DNA from: Verrucomicrobiia bacterium
Lineage (GTDB): Bacteria; Verrucomicrobiota; Verrucomicrobiia; Limisphaerales; UBA1319
DNA: 64,000 nucleotides
Assembly: GCA_963664225.1 (NCBI GenBank)
Contig: OY760937.1
Span: 5,056,001 to 5,120,000 of the forward strand
Direction of reading: 5' to 3'
Part shown: positions 49,065 through 58,194 of the stretch, one piece after another
How positions within the stretch are numbered: the first letter of the stretch is position 1
Layout of the letters: every line of letters starts with the position of its first letter
Position numbers and translations under genes: made by a program
Notes under the pieces: generated by a model
What the model was told of the DNA's origin: nothing
What the model saw: only the letters and a program-made list of their open reading frames with translations
Database searches by the model: none

Positions 49065-51320
49065 TTATTTGGCCAGACGATAATACCGGGTGCCAGCCAC
49101 CGGCTGTGTCACTGTGATTTGGTCGCCCACCACTGTGGAACCATCCGTCACCGTTGTCCATTGTGGCGTCATCAGGTTCGTTGTGGATTGCAGACTGTAA
49201 TCGGGGGCGTTCGTCGTCCAGAAAAGGCGCACCTTACTGTCGGGCTGCGAAAGAATGCCCAGAGTCGGGGGCGCCGCGTTGAGGGTCGCCGCGAGCAGAT
49301 ACACGATACTGTTGGTCGTGCTCGCGTCCGTCGGCTTGGCGGGCAGGACGATGCTCGAAAGCGTTTTCGACGGATTGAGCGTGTATTGGCGATCAAGTAA
49401 AACGATGCCGCCGTAAGTGGACGTGGGCTCGGCAGCGGGGGTGTTTTTCAAACCGTCGAAGACCCGATGATCCGTTTGAATCACGATATTACCCGAGTAG
49501 GCGGCCATCCAGAACATGGCGCCACCCCAGCCGTCGCCCGTGCTGGCATCGCCGATTTTCACAAACACCTCTTTTGCCGGGTTGTTGGTCAACGCGGGGG
49601 AAAGGTCGATTGTGTAATAGCCCTTATTCACTTCGTTATGTTCGTCATATCCAATGATGTCCTGAGAATTCAGAACGGGCTCATAGCCCAATTCCTGATG
49701 GTTTATGACCGACATGGCGAAGAGATTGCCGCCCCAACCGTCTTCTGGAGTGGTGTCGCCGATCCAGACCTGGAAGGTGTTTGAAGTGCTTTGGCCCAGA
49801 TATTTCGAAACGTCCACATCCACGTAAGCCTCAGCGGTATGGTTGTAATTGGATAGCTCCATTGACCACTCGCCAGCGTTGCCGGCGCGCATTTGGACCA
49901 GATACCCGTTGCCGAGCTTCATGTGCGCAATGGCGTTGGTGGACTCGGTCGGAAGAGTGAACTGGTAAATGACGTAACTGGTGCCGTCCATAAAACGATG
50001 GCCGGGATCGCTTCCGTTGCTGCTGTCCGCGTCGAACAGGAAATTGGTTTCGCTGTCGGTGGTCGGTATGAAGCTGGCGTATGTAACGACCGGATCCGTC
50101 GAACCATGCATCGACACCAGGAAGTTATTGGCCAGGTCCATGGTCAGTTTGGCGTTGGTCGTGTTGGTGGGGAAGGTGAATTTGTAGGTCACACTGCCGT
50201 TGCCATCCGCAAAGCGGTATCCGCGGCCGGTGGGACCGGACGCGCTGTTGTCATAAAGGTAGGGAGTCTCGTTGGTTGTACCCACATCGAACATGGCGTA
50301 CATCGTGGCCCCGGAGGTGTTTACCACGGGATCAAGCCGCTGCGAGTAATATACGGGGGTGCCGTTGTAGAGGCGGATCTGCTGCATGAATGGGCCCCAG
50401 CCATCGTTGGGCGTCGCGTCAGTGAACAGGATGTAGATCTCGCCGGTGCCCGCGGCCAAGAGCGTGGAAGCGTCAAAGGTGTATTCCTTCAAATTCGCCA
50501 GGTTGTGCTCCGAGTGCCCATAGATCACGGATGAGTTGGCGAGGATGGTCCAGCCGTTGGTGCGGAATTGGAAGTTGGCGGGATCATTGTCAGGTGTAAA
50601 TGACGTTGCCACCGAGACCACGAAATCGTTGCCGACCGTGATTCCGAGTGTGGCTTTTGAGATGCCGGTGGGGACGGGAATTCGATAAACCATGTAGTTA
50701 TTTCCGTCCACAAACCGCCGGGAGGAGTCCACACCGCTCGATTGATCGAAGTAGATAAATGGCGCCTCATCCGCACCTCCCGTGGTCGGGAAATTCGCGT
50801 AGGTCGTGACGTCGCTGTTATCCGTGGCATTCAGGATCGCGTGGTCAAAGGCGTTGGGACTGGCGAGCCAACCCGGCACCGGTCCGAACCGATTCGTGTC
50901 CTTCGATCCATCGGCATAATTGAACACGATTGAATTAAAGGGCCAACCGAAGCCATTTGGGGCGTCCAGCAATGCGAGATCCAGCGAGGAATAGTTACCG
51001 GCCGGGACAGTGATGGTCTGGCCATTGACGGTGGCGCCATCCAGGGTGGACGACCCCTTGAGATTTCCAAACTTGAAGGTTGTGAGCCCATCCTGGGTGG
51101 CTATCGGCACGCCGTCCACGTAGTTCGCCGGCAGAGTGGACGAGTCAACGCGGTTTCCGTTGACGTCCAGGCCGGTCCCCAGACCCAAGCCGCCGCTTTC
51201 CAGGAAGACGTCGGTATCGAAGAGAGTGTCCAGCGCGATGTGAGGCGAAGCTGCGAACAGCGATCCGGTCGCCATTAGTGAAGACAAAACCACAATAATT
51301 CGTTTCATAGTTTTCTTCAT
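49065..51320 (-). CDS. Secreted protein with three internal RFxDG..DGWG repeats nested in a beta-sandwich, plus C-terminal ..LQSTTNL..W..YYRL domain
   Basis: Signal peptide; repeats RFVDG/RFADG/RFMDG and DATPNDGWG/DTTPEDGWG/DASTGDGWG. Confidence 0.8.
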   Translation of the reverse strand: MKKTMKRIIVVLSSLMATGSLFAASPHIALDTLFDTDVFLESGGLGLGTGLDVNGNRVDSSTLPANYVDGVPIATQDGLTTFKFGNLKGSSTLDGATVNGQTITVPAGNYSSLDLALLDAPNGFGWPFNSIVFNYADGSKDTNRFGPVPGWLASPNAFDHAILNATDNSDVTTYANFPTTGGADEAPFIYFDQSSGVDSSRRFVDGNNYMVYRIPVPTGISKATLGITVGNDFVVSVATSFTPDNDPANFQFRTNGWTILANSSVIYGHSEHNLANLKEYTFDASTLLAAGTGEIYILFTDATPNDGWGPFMQQIRLYNGTPVYYSQRLDPVVNTSGATMYAMFDVGTTNETPYLYDNSASGPTGRGYRFADGNGSVTYKFTFPTNTTNAKLTMDLANNFLVSMHGSTDPVVTYASFIPTTDSETNFLFDADSSNGSDPGHRFMDGTSYVIYQFTLPTESTNAIAHMKLGNGYLVQMRAGNAGEWSMELSNYNHTAEAYVDVDVSKYLGQSTSNTFQVWIGDTTPEDGWGGNLFAMSVINHQELGYEPVLNSQDIIGYDEHNEVNKGYYTIDLSPALTNNPAKEVFVKIGDASTGDGWGGAMFWMAAYSGNIVIQTDHRVFDGLKNTPAAEPTSTYGGIVLLDRQYTLNPSKTLSSIVLPAKPTDASTTNSIVYLLAATLNAAPPTLGILSQPDSKVRLFWTTNAPDYSLQSTTNLMTPQWTTVTDGSTVVGDQITVTQPVAGTRYYRLAK

Positions 51321-51652
51321 ACGGACCTTTTTCTGGTTGAGGAAACTGGTTTGAAACTTCTCAGGTCGTATGGATTAACGATAATAATGCCAGTGCTGAA
51401 TCCCGTTTGCAAGCCTTAAATTTATTCTGGGAACAAGCGAACAATCGGGTATGAAATGAGAAATTCAAACGGATGACCCAAACGCATAGGAAGTGGAAAG
51501 GATTAACCACAGACGCACAGGGGCCAGAGGTCCGAGCCAGAAGGCCCGCATTTCCCATTGCCATGGATTTATGAGCGGGTAAGCTGGATATCACAGCAAA
51601 CAACATAACCCCTGAGGGTGTCGTATGACGCCTTCGCAACGATCATGAAACT

Positions 51653-52804
51653 ATGAATAAATGGTACGTATTCGGTCTGGCCGTGCTGACTTGTCTCTGG
51701 GTGGATGCATCCACGGCGCAGGCTCAAGAGCGAGGATTCAGCGGACTTAATCTGAATTTGGGCAACCTGTATCGCACCTCGAGCGCGAAAACCCGCTCGA
51801 TCAGCCCGGAGAATTTCACGGGCGAAAAAGGGAAGGCGGGGATGTCCACCAATGGTCCGGCCGCAGGCGCCGCCCGGGATTTGGGGCAGGGATGGAAAGT
51901 GTCTCCCTTCGTCGTCATCAAGGGAAAGAGCACGTTCACACTGGCCGAGATCGAAGGGCCTGGAGCGATCCAGCAAATCTGGATGACGCCCACAGGCAAC
52001 TGGCGATATTTCATTTTTCGGTGTTACTGGGATGATGAAACCGAGCCATCGGTGGAGTGCCCGGTGGGCGATTTCTTTGCCAGCGGTTGGGGTTCCTATT
52101 CCCAAGTAACCTCGACGCCCGTGTGTGTGAATCCCGGACGGGCTTTCAATTGTTACTGGCAGATGCCCTTTCACAAAAAGGCGCGCATCACGATGGAGAA
52201 TCTGGAGGACAAGGACACGGTTCTTTATTACCAGATCAATTACACGCTCACGGATGTGCCCAAGGACGCGGCCAATTTCCATGCGCAATTCCGCCGGGTG
52301 AATCCCCTGCCTTACAAGGGGGTCTATACCATTCTGGATGGGGTGAAGGGCGTGGGACAATATGTCGGGACGTATCTCGCGTGGGGTGTGCATAACAACG
52401 GCTGGTGGGGCGAGGGTGAAATCAAATTCTTCATGGACGGGGACCAGGAATTTCCGACGATTTGCGGAACGGGAACGGAGGATTATTTCTGCGGATCCTA
52501 TAATTTCGATGTGAACGGGAAGTACCAGGAATTCACGACGCCGTATTCTGGATTGTCGCAGGTCATCCGCCCGGATGGGGCCTACAACAGCCAGCAACGG
52601 TTCGGTCTGTATCGCTGGCACATCATGGATCCCATCCGGTTCGAGCAGGACCTCAAGGTGACGATTCAAGCCTTGGGCTGGCGCGACGGAGGCCGATATC
52701 TGCCATTACAGGATGACATTGCGTCGGTGGCCTATTGGTATCAGATGGAGCCGCACCAGAAATTCCCGGCGTTGCCCAACAAAGACGGGCTTGAAATCAA
52801 ATAG
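51653..52804 (+). CDS. Secreted GH172 (DUF2961) glycoside hydrolase
   Basis: RSISPEN.TGEKG, GPGAIQQIW.T, PSVECPVGDFF, NCYWQMPF, WWGEGEIKF, GTGTEDYF, YRWH..DPI.F, SVAYWYQ. Confidence 0.92.
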   Translation: MNKWYVFGLAVLTCLWVDASTAQAQERGFSGLNLNLGNLYRTSSAKTRSISPENFTGEKGKAGMSTNGPAAGAARDLGQGWKVSPFVVIKGKSTFTLAEIEGPGAIQQIWMTPTGNWRYFIFRCYWDDETEPSVECPVGDFFASGWGSYSQVTSTPVCVNPGRAFNCYWQMPFHKKARITMENLEDKDTVLYYQINYTLTDVPKDAANFHAQFRRVNPLPYKGVYTILDGVKGVGQYVGTYLAWGVHNNGWWGEGEIKFFMDGDQEFPTICGTGTEDYFCGSYNFDVNGKYQEFTTPYSGLSQVIRPDGAYNSQQRFGLYRWHIMDPIRFEQDLKVTIQALGWRDGGRYLPLQDDIASVAYWYQMEPHQKFPALPNKDGLEIK

Positions 52805-52833
52805 GGGTTCGGGATTAGAATGGAATTCCAGCG

Positions 52834-52874
52834 AAATCACCGCCGAACCGATTGCGGTCGGCGGTGGTTTTCTT
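52834..52874 (+). terminator. Rho-independent terminator after GH172
   Basis: AAATCACCGCCGA-ACCG-attg-CGGT-CGGCGGTGGTTT-TCTT. Confidence 0.75.
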
Positions 52875-53044
52875 GAATGGCCGGGCCTGGAGAGGAGTCG
52901 AATATTGCGATCAACCCCCTCAAAAGAAGAGGAGAGATTGGCAAAAACCGTGGAGTGTGCCAGCATGGGCGGTGTTAGCGTACCATATGGAATGTATTAG
53001 TTCGTGGGGTTGATCCCTTTGCGGACAGTCAGGGTGAAATTAAC

Positions 53045-54106
53045 ATGAAAGAACAAAAACCAGGCGCAGACGAGGCCCGAATAGCCACGCGGCGGAAATT
53101 CCTCACCAGCGGATTGTGTGGGATGTCGCTGTTTGGCGTGGGCGGAGCGTTGGGTTTACTGGCGCCGGAGACTCAGGGTCAGAATGCGCGTCCGAGCGGC
53201 CGGAAACTAGGCGCGGAGTTTTCCTATGATGTGAGTGGCTTGGGGAAGATCGATCCCAAATTGATCCAATACGAATTGGCGGCCAAGGTCACTTCGGGTT
53301 TCAAGACCATCGAGGGGATGGCCGTGGATGCCGAGGATCGCATTTGGATTGCGAGCATTGGCGCGGTGAAGGGATTCAATAAAACCGGAACGCTGGAGCG
53401 GGAATTGTCCGTTGCGGGGAAGGTGAGCTGCCTCGAAGATGGACCTGACCACCGACTCTACGTGGGGTATGAGGACCATGTGGAAGTGGTCGGACCTGAG
53501 GGGAAGGTCGAGATGCGCTGGGAAAGTCCCGCGCCCAAAGCGGTGCTGACCTCCATTAGTGCAGGGTCAAAGGATGTCTTTGTGGCCGATGCCGGAAATC
53601 GCGTCGTCTGGCGGTACGATCTTGCCGGAAAATTAACCGGATCGATCGGCAAAAAGGAGTCGGGCAAGAATTTTCATCGTTTTGTCGTGCCCAGCCCATT
53701 CTTCGATGTGCAGTTTGGTCATGAGTGTCTGGTCTGGGTGGTTAATCCGGGCGAGCATTTGGTCGAGGCGTTTACATTGGATGGCGAAAAGGAAACGGGC
53801 TGGGGCGAGACCTCCACGGCAGTTCAGGGATTTTGTGGATGCTGCAATCCGGTGCATTTTGCGTTCCTGCCTGATGGACGTGTCGTGACGAGCGAGAAGG
53901 GGATTCCAAGGGTCAAAGTGTATTCCAGCCAGGGCAAATTTGAATGTGTTGTGGCCGGACCTGAAAGCTTCCCGAGGCATTTTAATAATCCCGGCGCAAA
54001 AGTGGCGGGGCTTGGAGTGGCCACGGATTCACAGGGGCGCGTCGTGGTGGCGGACACCTTGACGGGGGACGTCTTAATATTTATGCATAGCGCCAATAAA
54101 GTATGA
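53045..54106 (+). CDS. Tat-signal NHL/beta-propeller protein with GFCGCCNP motif
   Basis: TRRKFL signal; VFVADAGNRVV, VVNPG, VTSEKGIPRVKVY; CGCC cysteine triad. Confidence 0.82.
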   Translation: MKEQKPGADEARIATRRKFLTSGLCGMSLFGVGGALGLLAPETQGQNARPSGRKLGAEFSYDVSGLGKIDPKLIQYELAAKVTSGFKTIEGMAVDAEDRIWIASIGAVKGFNKTGTLERELSVAGKVSCLEDGPDHRLYVGYEDHVEVVGPEGKVEMRWESPAPKAVLTSISAGSKDVFVADAGNRVVWRYDLAGKLTGSIGKKESGKNFHRFVVPSPFFDVQFGHECLVWVVNPGEHLVEAFTLDGEKETGWGETSTAVQGFCGCCNPVHFAFLPDGRVVTSEKGIPRVKVYSSQGKFECVVAGPESFPRHFNNPGAKVAGLGVATDSQGRVVVADTLTGDVLIFMHSANKV

Positions 54107-54351
54107 AATCGGGCCCGGAAAATTTACTGAACGAGGCGCACAACCGGCGGGAATTCTTCCGCAGGATCATACGGTATCCCGCCGCGATTGCTTTGGTGGC
54201 CATCGGCGGCGGCCTGGAGATGAGGTCGATTAAAATGGCGGGGCAGGGGCAATGCTCCCGAGGATCCTTGTGCGGGGGGTGCCTGCTGCTTACGGATTGC
54301 GAATTGCCGCAGGCGGTTCAAACGCGTGGCACAAACAAAACGGTCCGGTGA
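54103..54351 (+). CDS. Small twin-Arg/TM protein with C-terminal four-Cys motif
   Basis: RREFFR, a hydrophobic helix, CSRGSLCGGCLLLTDC; ATGA overlap with the upstream gene. Confidence 0.75.
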   Translation: MKSGPENLLNEAHNRREFFRRIIRYPAAIALVAIGGGLEMRSIKMAGQGQCSRGSLCGGCLLLTDCELPQAVQTRGTNKTVR

Positions 54352-54355
54352 TATT

Positions 54356-54925
54356 ATGGCTGAAAAAGTAACATCCCCGGCACGGCGGCGTTTCCTAGGT
54401 GATGGATTGCGCGGCGCCCTGTTGTTCTTATTTGGAGCAGCCACAACGCTGGTGGCCCGCCATAGCCGGGTGCAGAAGACCGTCTGGCAAATCGATCCCG
54501 CGAAATGCGTGCAGTGCACCAATTGCGCCACGCAGTGCGTGCTGGATCAATCCGCCGTCAAATGCGTTCAGGTTTATGGGATCTGCGGCTATTGCAAGTT
54601 GTGCACGGGGTACTTCGAGCCGGAACCCAACGGACTGAACACTGCGGCGGAAAATCAACTTTGTCCCACGGGCGCCATCAAGCGCAAGGCTCTCGAAGAT
54701 CCCTATTACGAATACACGATTGATGAGCCGCTTTGCATCGGCTGCGCGAAGTGCGTCAAAGGGTGCGTTCTTTTCGGAAACGGATCGTTTTTCCTTCAAG
54801 TGCGTCATGATCGTTGTTTGAACTGCAACGAATGCTCCATCGCCAGGGTATGTCCCGGCCAGGCGTTCAAGCGGGTGCCAGCGAGCCAGCCATATCTCTT
54901 CAAAGACCGGGAGCATCAGGCATGA
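54356..54925 (+). CDS. Tat-signal polyferredoxin (NapG/MauM-like; up to four 4Fe-4S)
   Basis: RRRFL signal; 17 Cys including CVQCTNCATQC, CGYCKLC..CP, CIGCAKCVKGC, CLNCNEC..CP; start ATG 54356. Confidence 0.87.
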   Translation: MAEKVTSPARRRFLGDGLRGALLFLFGAATTLVARHSRVQKTVWQIDPAKCVQCTNCATQCVLDQSAVKCVQVYGICGYCKLCTGYFEPEPNGLNTAAENQLCPTGAIKRKALEDPYYEYTIDEPLCIGCAKCVKGCVLFGNGSFFLQVRHDRCLNCNECSIARVCPGQAFKRVPASQPYLFKDREHQA

Positions 54926-56283
54926 AATATTTGAGCAGGATCTTTTTTCACCAACAAGACAGGTTTGAAAAAGTGCGACGGTTTGCGCCCATGCTTCTTT
55001 GCCTGGTGACCTTCGGCTGGCTATTAATGGCTGCGGTGAGCGTTTCCGGTGTGGAGCGATTTCCGCCACCGGATTTCGATGCGGGCTATAAGATGCCGAC
55101 CACCACGGCGCCTGTGCCGCGCGCGGCCTGGCTGGAGTATCTGGATGTCCTTGTGCTGATTGGATCCCTGGCGACCGCAGCCTGGTTTGTCCTGGGGAAA
55201 AAGTCCCGAAAACACATTCTTGGGCTGACGATATTTTCCGCGCTCTATTTTGGTTTCTATCGAAAAGGCTGCGTTTGTTCCGTGGGTTCACTTCAAGACG
55301 TCACACTGGCATTATTCAATAATGGATACACAGTGCCATTATCCGTGCTGGCTTTCTTTTTGCTGCCGCTGATGTTTGCGTTGGTGTTCGGACGCGTGTT
55401 TTGCTCGGGCGTTTGCCCACTGGGGGCCATTCAGGATTTGTTTCTCATTCGGGCCATCAAAGTCCCGAAGTGGCTGGAACACGGTTTGAGCGTGATTCCT
55501 TTTGTCTATCTGGGATTGGCCGTGTTGCTGGCCGCCACGGGCAGCGTGTTCATCATCTGCCAATATGACCCTTTCATTGCGTTCTATCGACGCACCGGCA
55601 GTGCGACCATGTTTGGAGCAGGTGCTCTTTTTCTGCTGGTGGGTTTGGTGGTTGGGCGGCCGTATTGCCGGTTTTTGTGTCCCTACGGCGCGTTGCTCAG
55701 TCTGGTATCGCGCGTTTCCAAGTGGAACGTTGTTCTTTCGCCCAACGACTGCCTGCAGTGTCAGATTTGCGAAGTGGCCTGTCCCTACGGAGCGATTGCC
55801 GAGCCTGGAGCCGGGGCGAAGCCGAAAAAGGGAATGGGTCGTTTTGTTGCACTGGCTTTGCTGCCGGTTTGGATCATTGCAGGGGCGTTTGTGGGGCATA
55901 TGTCGGCGGCGCCCCTTTCCAAATTGCATCCAGTGGTGGCTTTGGCCGAACGGGTGACTGCTGAGGATGCGGGCCAATTCAAGGAGCCAACCGATGCCAG
56001 CAAGGCGTTCCGGCAAACAGGGCGCTCGACGGAGGAATTGACGGCCGACGCATTGAGTATTCGCAATAAATTTCTATTGGGCGGCTGGATTTTGGGCGGT
56101 TTTGCAGGGCTTGTTTTTGCGGGGAAATTTGCGTCGCCCTGGTTTCCTTCTGCGCGCACGGTTTATGAGCCGGATCCAAGCGCCTGCGTCTCCTGCGGCC
56201 GGTGCTATAGCTATTGTCCACGAGTCATTTCACAACTGAAGAAAGCGCACTGCAATTGCGCGGTGCCGGAGATGAAGGCCTGA
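54922..56283 (+). CDS. Membrane 4Fe-4S protein (NapH/MauN/NosR-C-like)
   Basis: Multiple TM helices; GCVC, GRVFCSGVCPLG, RPYCRFLCPYG, CLQCQICEVACP, CVSCGRCYSYCP; ATGA overlap at 54922. Confidence 0.87.
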   Translation: MKYLSRIFFHQQDRFEKVRRFAPMLLCLVTFGWLLMAAVSVSGVERFPPPDFDAGYKMPTTTAPVPRAAWLEYLDVLVLIGSLATAAWFVLGKKSRKHILGLTIFSALYFGFYRKGCVCSVGSLQDVTLALFNNGYTVPLSVLAFFLLPLMFALVFGRVFCSGVCPLGAIQDLFLIRAIKVPKWLEHGLSVIPFVYLGLAVLLAATGSVFIICQYDPFIAFYRRTGSATMFGAGALFLLVGLVVGRPYCRFLCPYGALLSLVSRVSKWNVVLSPNDCLQCQICEVACPYGAIAEPGAGAKPKKGMGRFVALALLPVWIIAGAFVGHMSAAPLSKLHPVVALAERVTAEDAGQFKEPTDASKAFRQTGRSTEELTADALSIRNKFLLGGWILGGFAGLVFAGKFASPWFPSARTVYEPDPSACVSCGRCYSYCPRVISQLKKAHCNCAVPEMKA

Positions 56284-56285
56284 TT

Positions 56286-58088
56286 ATGGCAATTCCAAAT
56301 AATTTGAACTCCACGCAACCGTCTTCGCTGGAAATTTCGCCCGAGAAGGAATTGGGAAAGCGGATTGCCGTTGTCTCGTTTGTTTTTTGCCTGGTGCTGA
56401 GCGTGTTTTTGGTCGCGAACCACTTCGCAGGCAAGGCGGCGGATCCGATTCAATCGCCCAAGCTCACCGCGCTGAAAGCCGAGTTGGTCAAGCAGCCTAA
56501 AAACGATGCGCTCAAAAAGGAGATTCGGGCGCTGGACCTGGATTTGCGGCGCAAACTGGACCGGCATCTGGCATTGGAAACCACGGGCGCCTGGATGCTG
56601 GCGGGAGGTTTGGCGTTGTTTCTAATTTCGATCAAGACCGCAGCATTCCGGAAAAAACTGCCACGTCCCCCCAAAAAGGTATCCGGTCTTTCCACTGAGA
56701 GCAGGGCCATGATCCAATCGAGCGTTGCGGCGGGCGCCGTCGGCGTGGTGCTTCTGGGTATTGGATGGATTTGGACCCAACAATCTCCGACTTTGCTGGT
56801 GGCTCAAAAAACCAGCACAAATGCGCTTGCAGCCGTGGTCGCTGCAGCGGTCCCCATGCCAACGACGCCGTTTCCCGACGCGGCGGAACTTAAAGGGCAA
56901 TGGCCTCGTTTTCGCGGGCCCGACGGCTCCGGGATTTCGGCCTTTTCCAACGCGCCGGTGCAATGGAATGGGACCAACGCGGAGGGTGTGCTTTGGAAAG
57001 TGAAGACCCCGATCTCGGGTCCGAACTCGCCCGTGATATGGGGTGACAAACTTTTCTGCACGGGAGCAACGGCACAAAAGCGCGAGGTGTATTGTTATGA
57101 TGCGTTGACCGGAAAACTTCTCTGGCAAAAGGCGGTAACGCCTGCGCCTGGCGCGCCGACGGAGCCGCCAACGGTCATGGAGGACTCGGGTGGTTATGCG
57201 GCTTCCACAGCGGCCACGGATGGACGCCGGGTCTATGCCATTTTTGCCAACGCGGATGTGGCTGCGTTCGATTACCAGGGCAACCAGGTTTGGGGAACGA
57301 ACATGGGCAAAATGGATAATAGTTACGGTTATGCCACCTCCCTGATTCTTTACCAAAACAGGCTGCTCATCCAAAACGACCAGGGAGCTGCCAAGGACGG
57401 TAAATCCAAGCTGATCGCCCTGGATACCGCCACTGGAAAAATGGTTTGGGAAACCCAGCCGCGGCCTGTTCCAAATTCGTGGTCCACGCCGTTGGTCATC
57501 AACGCGGCACAAAAGGACCAGGTCATTACGTGCGGGAATCCCTGGGTCATCTCGTATGATGCGTCGAATGGAACCGAGCTTTGGCGCGCCCAGGCCCTGT
57601 ATGGTGAAGTCACCCCGTCGCCGATCTTTAACGATGGGATTGTCTATACCGCCATGGATGGGGAAAACCTGTCCGCCATCAAGACCGATGGCACCGGCGA
57701 TGTGACCAAGACGCATATTGCATGGAAGGCAGACGAGGGCTTGCCCGATATCGTCAGCCCTTTCTGTGACGGGAAACGGGTTTACGTGGTCAGCTCCGGC
57801 GGCACCGTGACCTGTTACAATGCCAAAGATGGAAAGAAGCTTTGGAACAAGGAGTTTGAAGTTACTTACAAATCGTCACCGGCAATGTCTGGCGACCGGG
57901 TTTACCTGTTTAACGACAAGGGTGAGTGCGTCATCATTCAAGCGGCGGACGAATACAAGGAAATCGCACGACCGGGCCTGGGCGAAGAAATCCTCTCCTC
58001 GCCGTCCTTTGCAGATGGGCGGCTCTATATCCGGGGCAAAACCAATCTATTCTGCCTGGGCACAAAACTGACCGCAGCGGCGAAGTAG
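56286..58088 (+). CDS. Membrane-anchored PQQ-like (BamB-type) beta-propeller protein
   Basis: Three N-terminal TM segments; WPRFRGPDGSG, NSPVIWGDKLF, DALTGKLLW, SWSTP, SSP..ADGRLYIR; start ATG 56286. Confidence 0.85.
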   Translation: MAIPNNLNSTQPSSLEISPEKELGKRIAVVSFVFCLVLSVFLVANHFAGKAADPIQSPKLTALKAELVKQPKNDALKKEIRALDLDLRRKLDRHLALETTGAWMLAGGLALFLISIKTAAFRKKLPRPPKKVSGLSTESRAMIQSSVAAGAVGVVLLGIGWIWTQQSPTLLVAQKTSTNALAAVVAAAVPMPTTPFPDAAELKGQWPRFRGPDGSGISAFSNAPVQWNGTNAEGVLWKVKTPISGPNSPVIWGDKLFCTGATAQKREVYCYDALTGKLLWQKAVTPAPGAPTEPPTVMEDSGGYAASTAATDGRRVYAIFANADVAAFDYQGNQVWGTNMGKMDNSYGYATSLILYQNRLLIQNDQGAAKDGKSKLIALDTATGKMVWETQPRPVPNSWSTPLVINAAQKDQVITCGNPWVISYDASNGTELWRAQALYGEVTPSPIFNDGIVYTAMDGENLSAIKTDGTGDVTKTHIAWKADEGLPDIVSPFCDGKRVYVVSSGGTVTCYNAKDGKKLWNKEFEVTYKSSPAMSGDRVYLFNDKGECVIIQAADEYKEIARPGLGEEILSSPSFADGRLYIRGKTNLFCLGTKLTAAAK

Positions 58089-58110
58089 TGTAGGACAGAA
58101 AAGAATTCGG

Positions 58111-58169
58111 AATTCCGGCCGGGCTGCGTTTCAACGTTTCAACGTCTGGATTGCAACCCAGCCGGAATT
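58111..58169. terminator. Imperfect inverted repeat between convergent genes
   Basis: AATTCCGGCCGGGCTGC ... GCAACCCAGCCGGAATT (15/17); the loop contains GTTTCAAC twice. Confidence 0.45.
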
Positions 58170-58194
58170 GAAAAGCTCAATATCCTTCGGTCGA

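Noticed and set aside
58128..58145. GTTTCAAC tandem resembling a CRISPR repeat end
   Set aside because: Two adjacent 8-mers with no spacers, no array and no cas genes.
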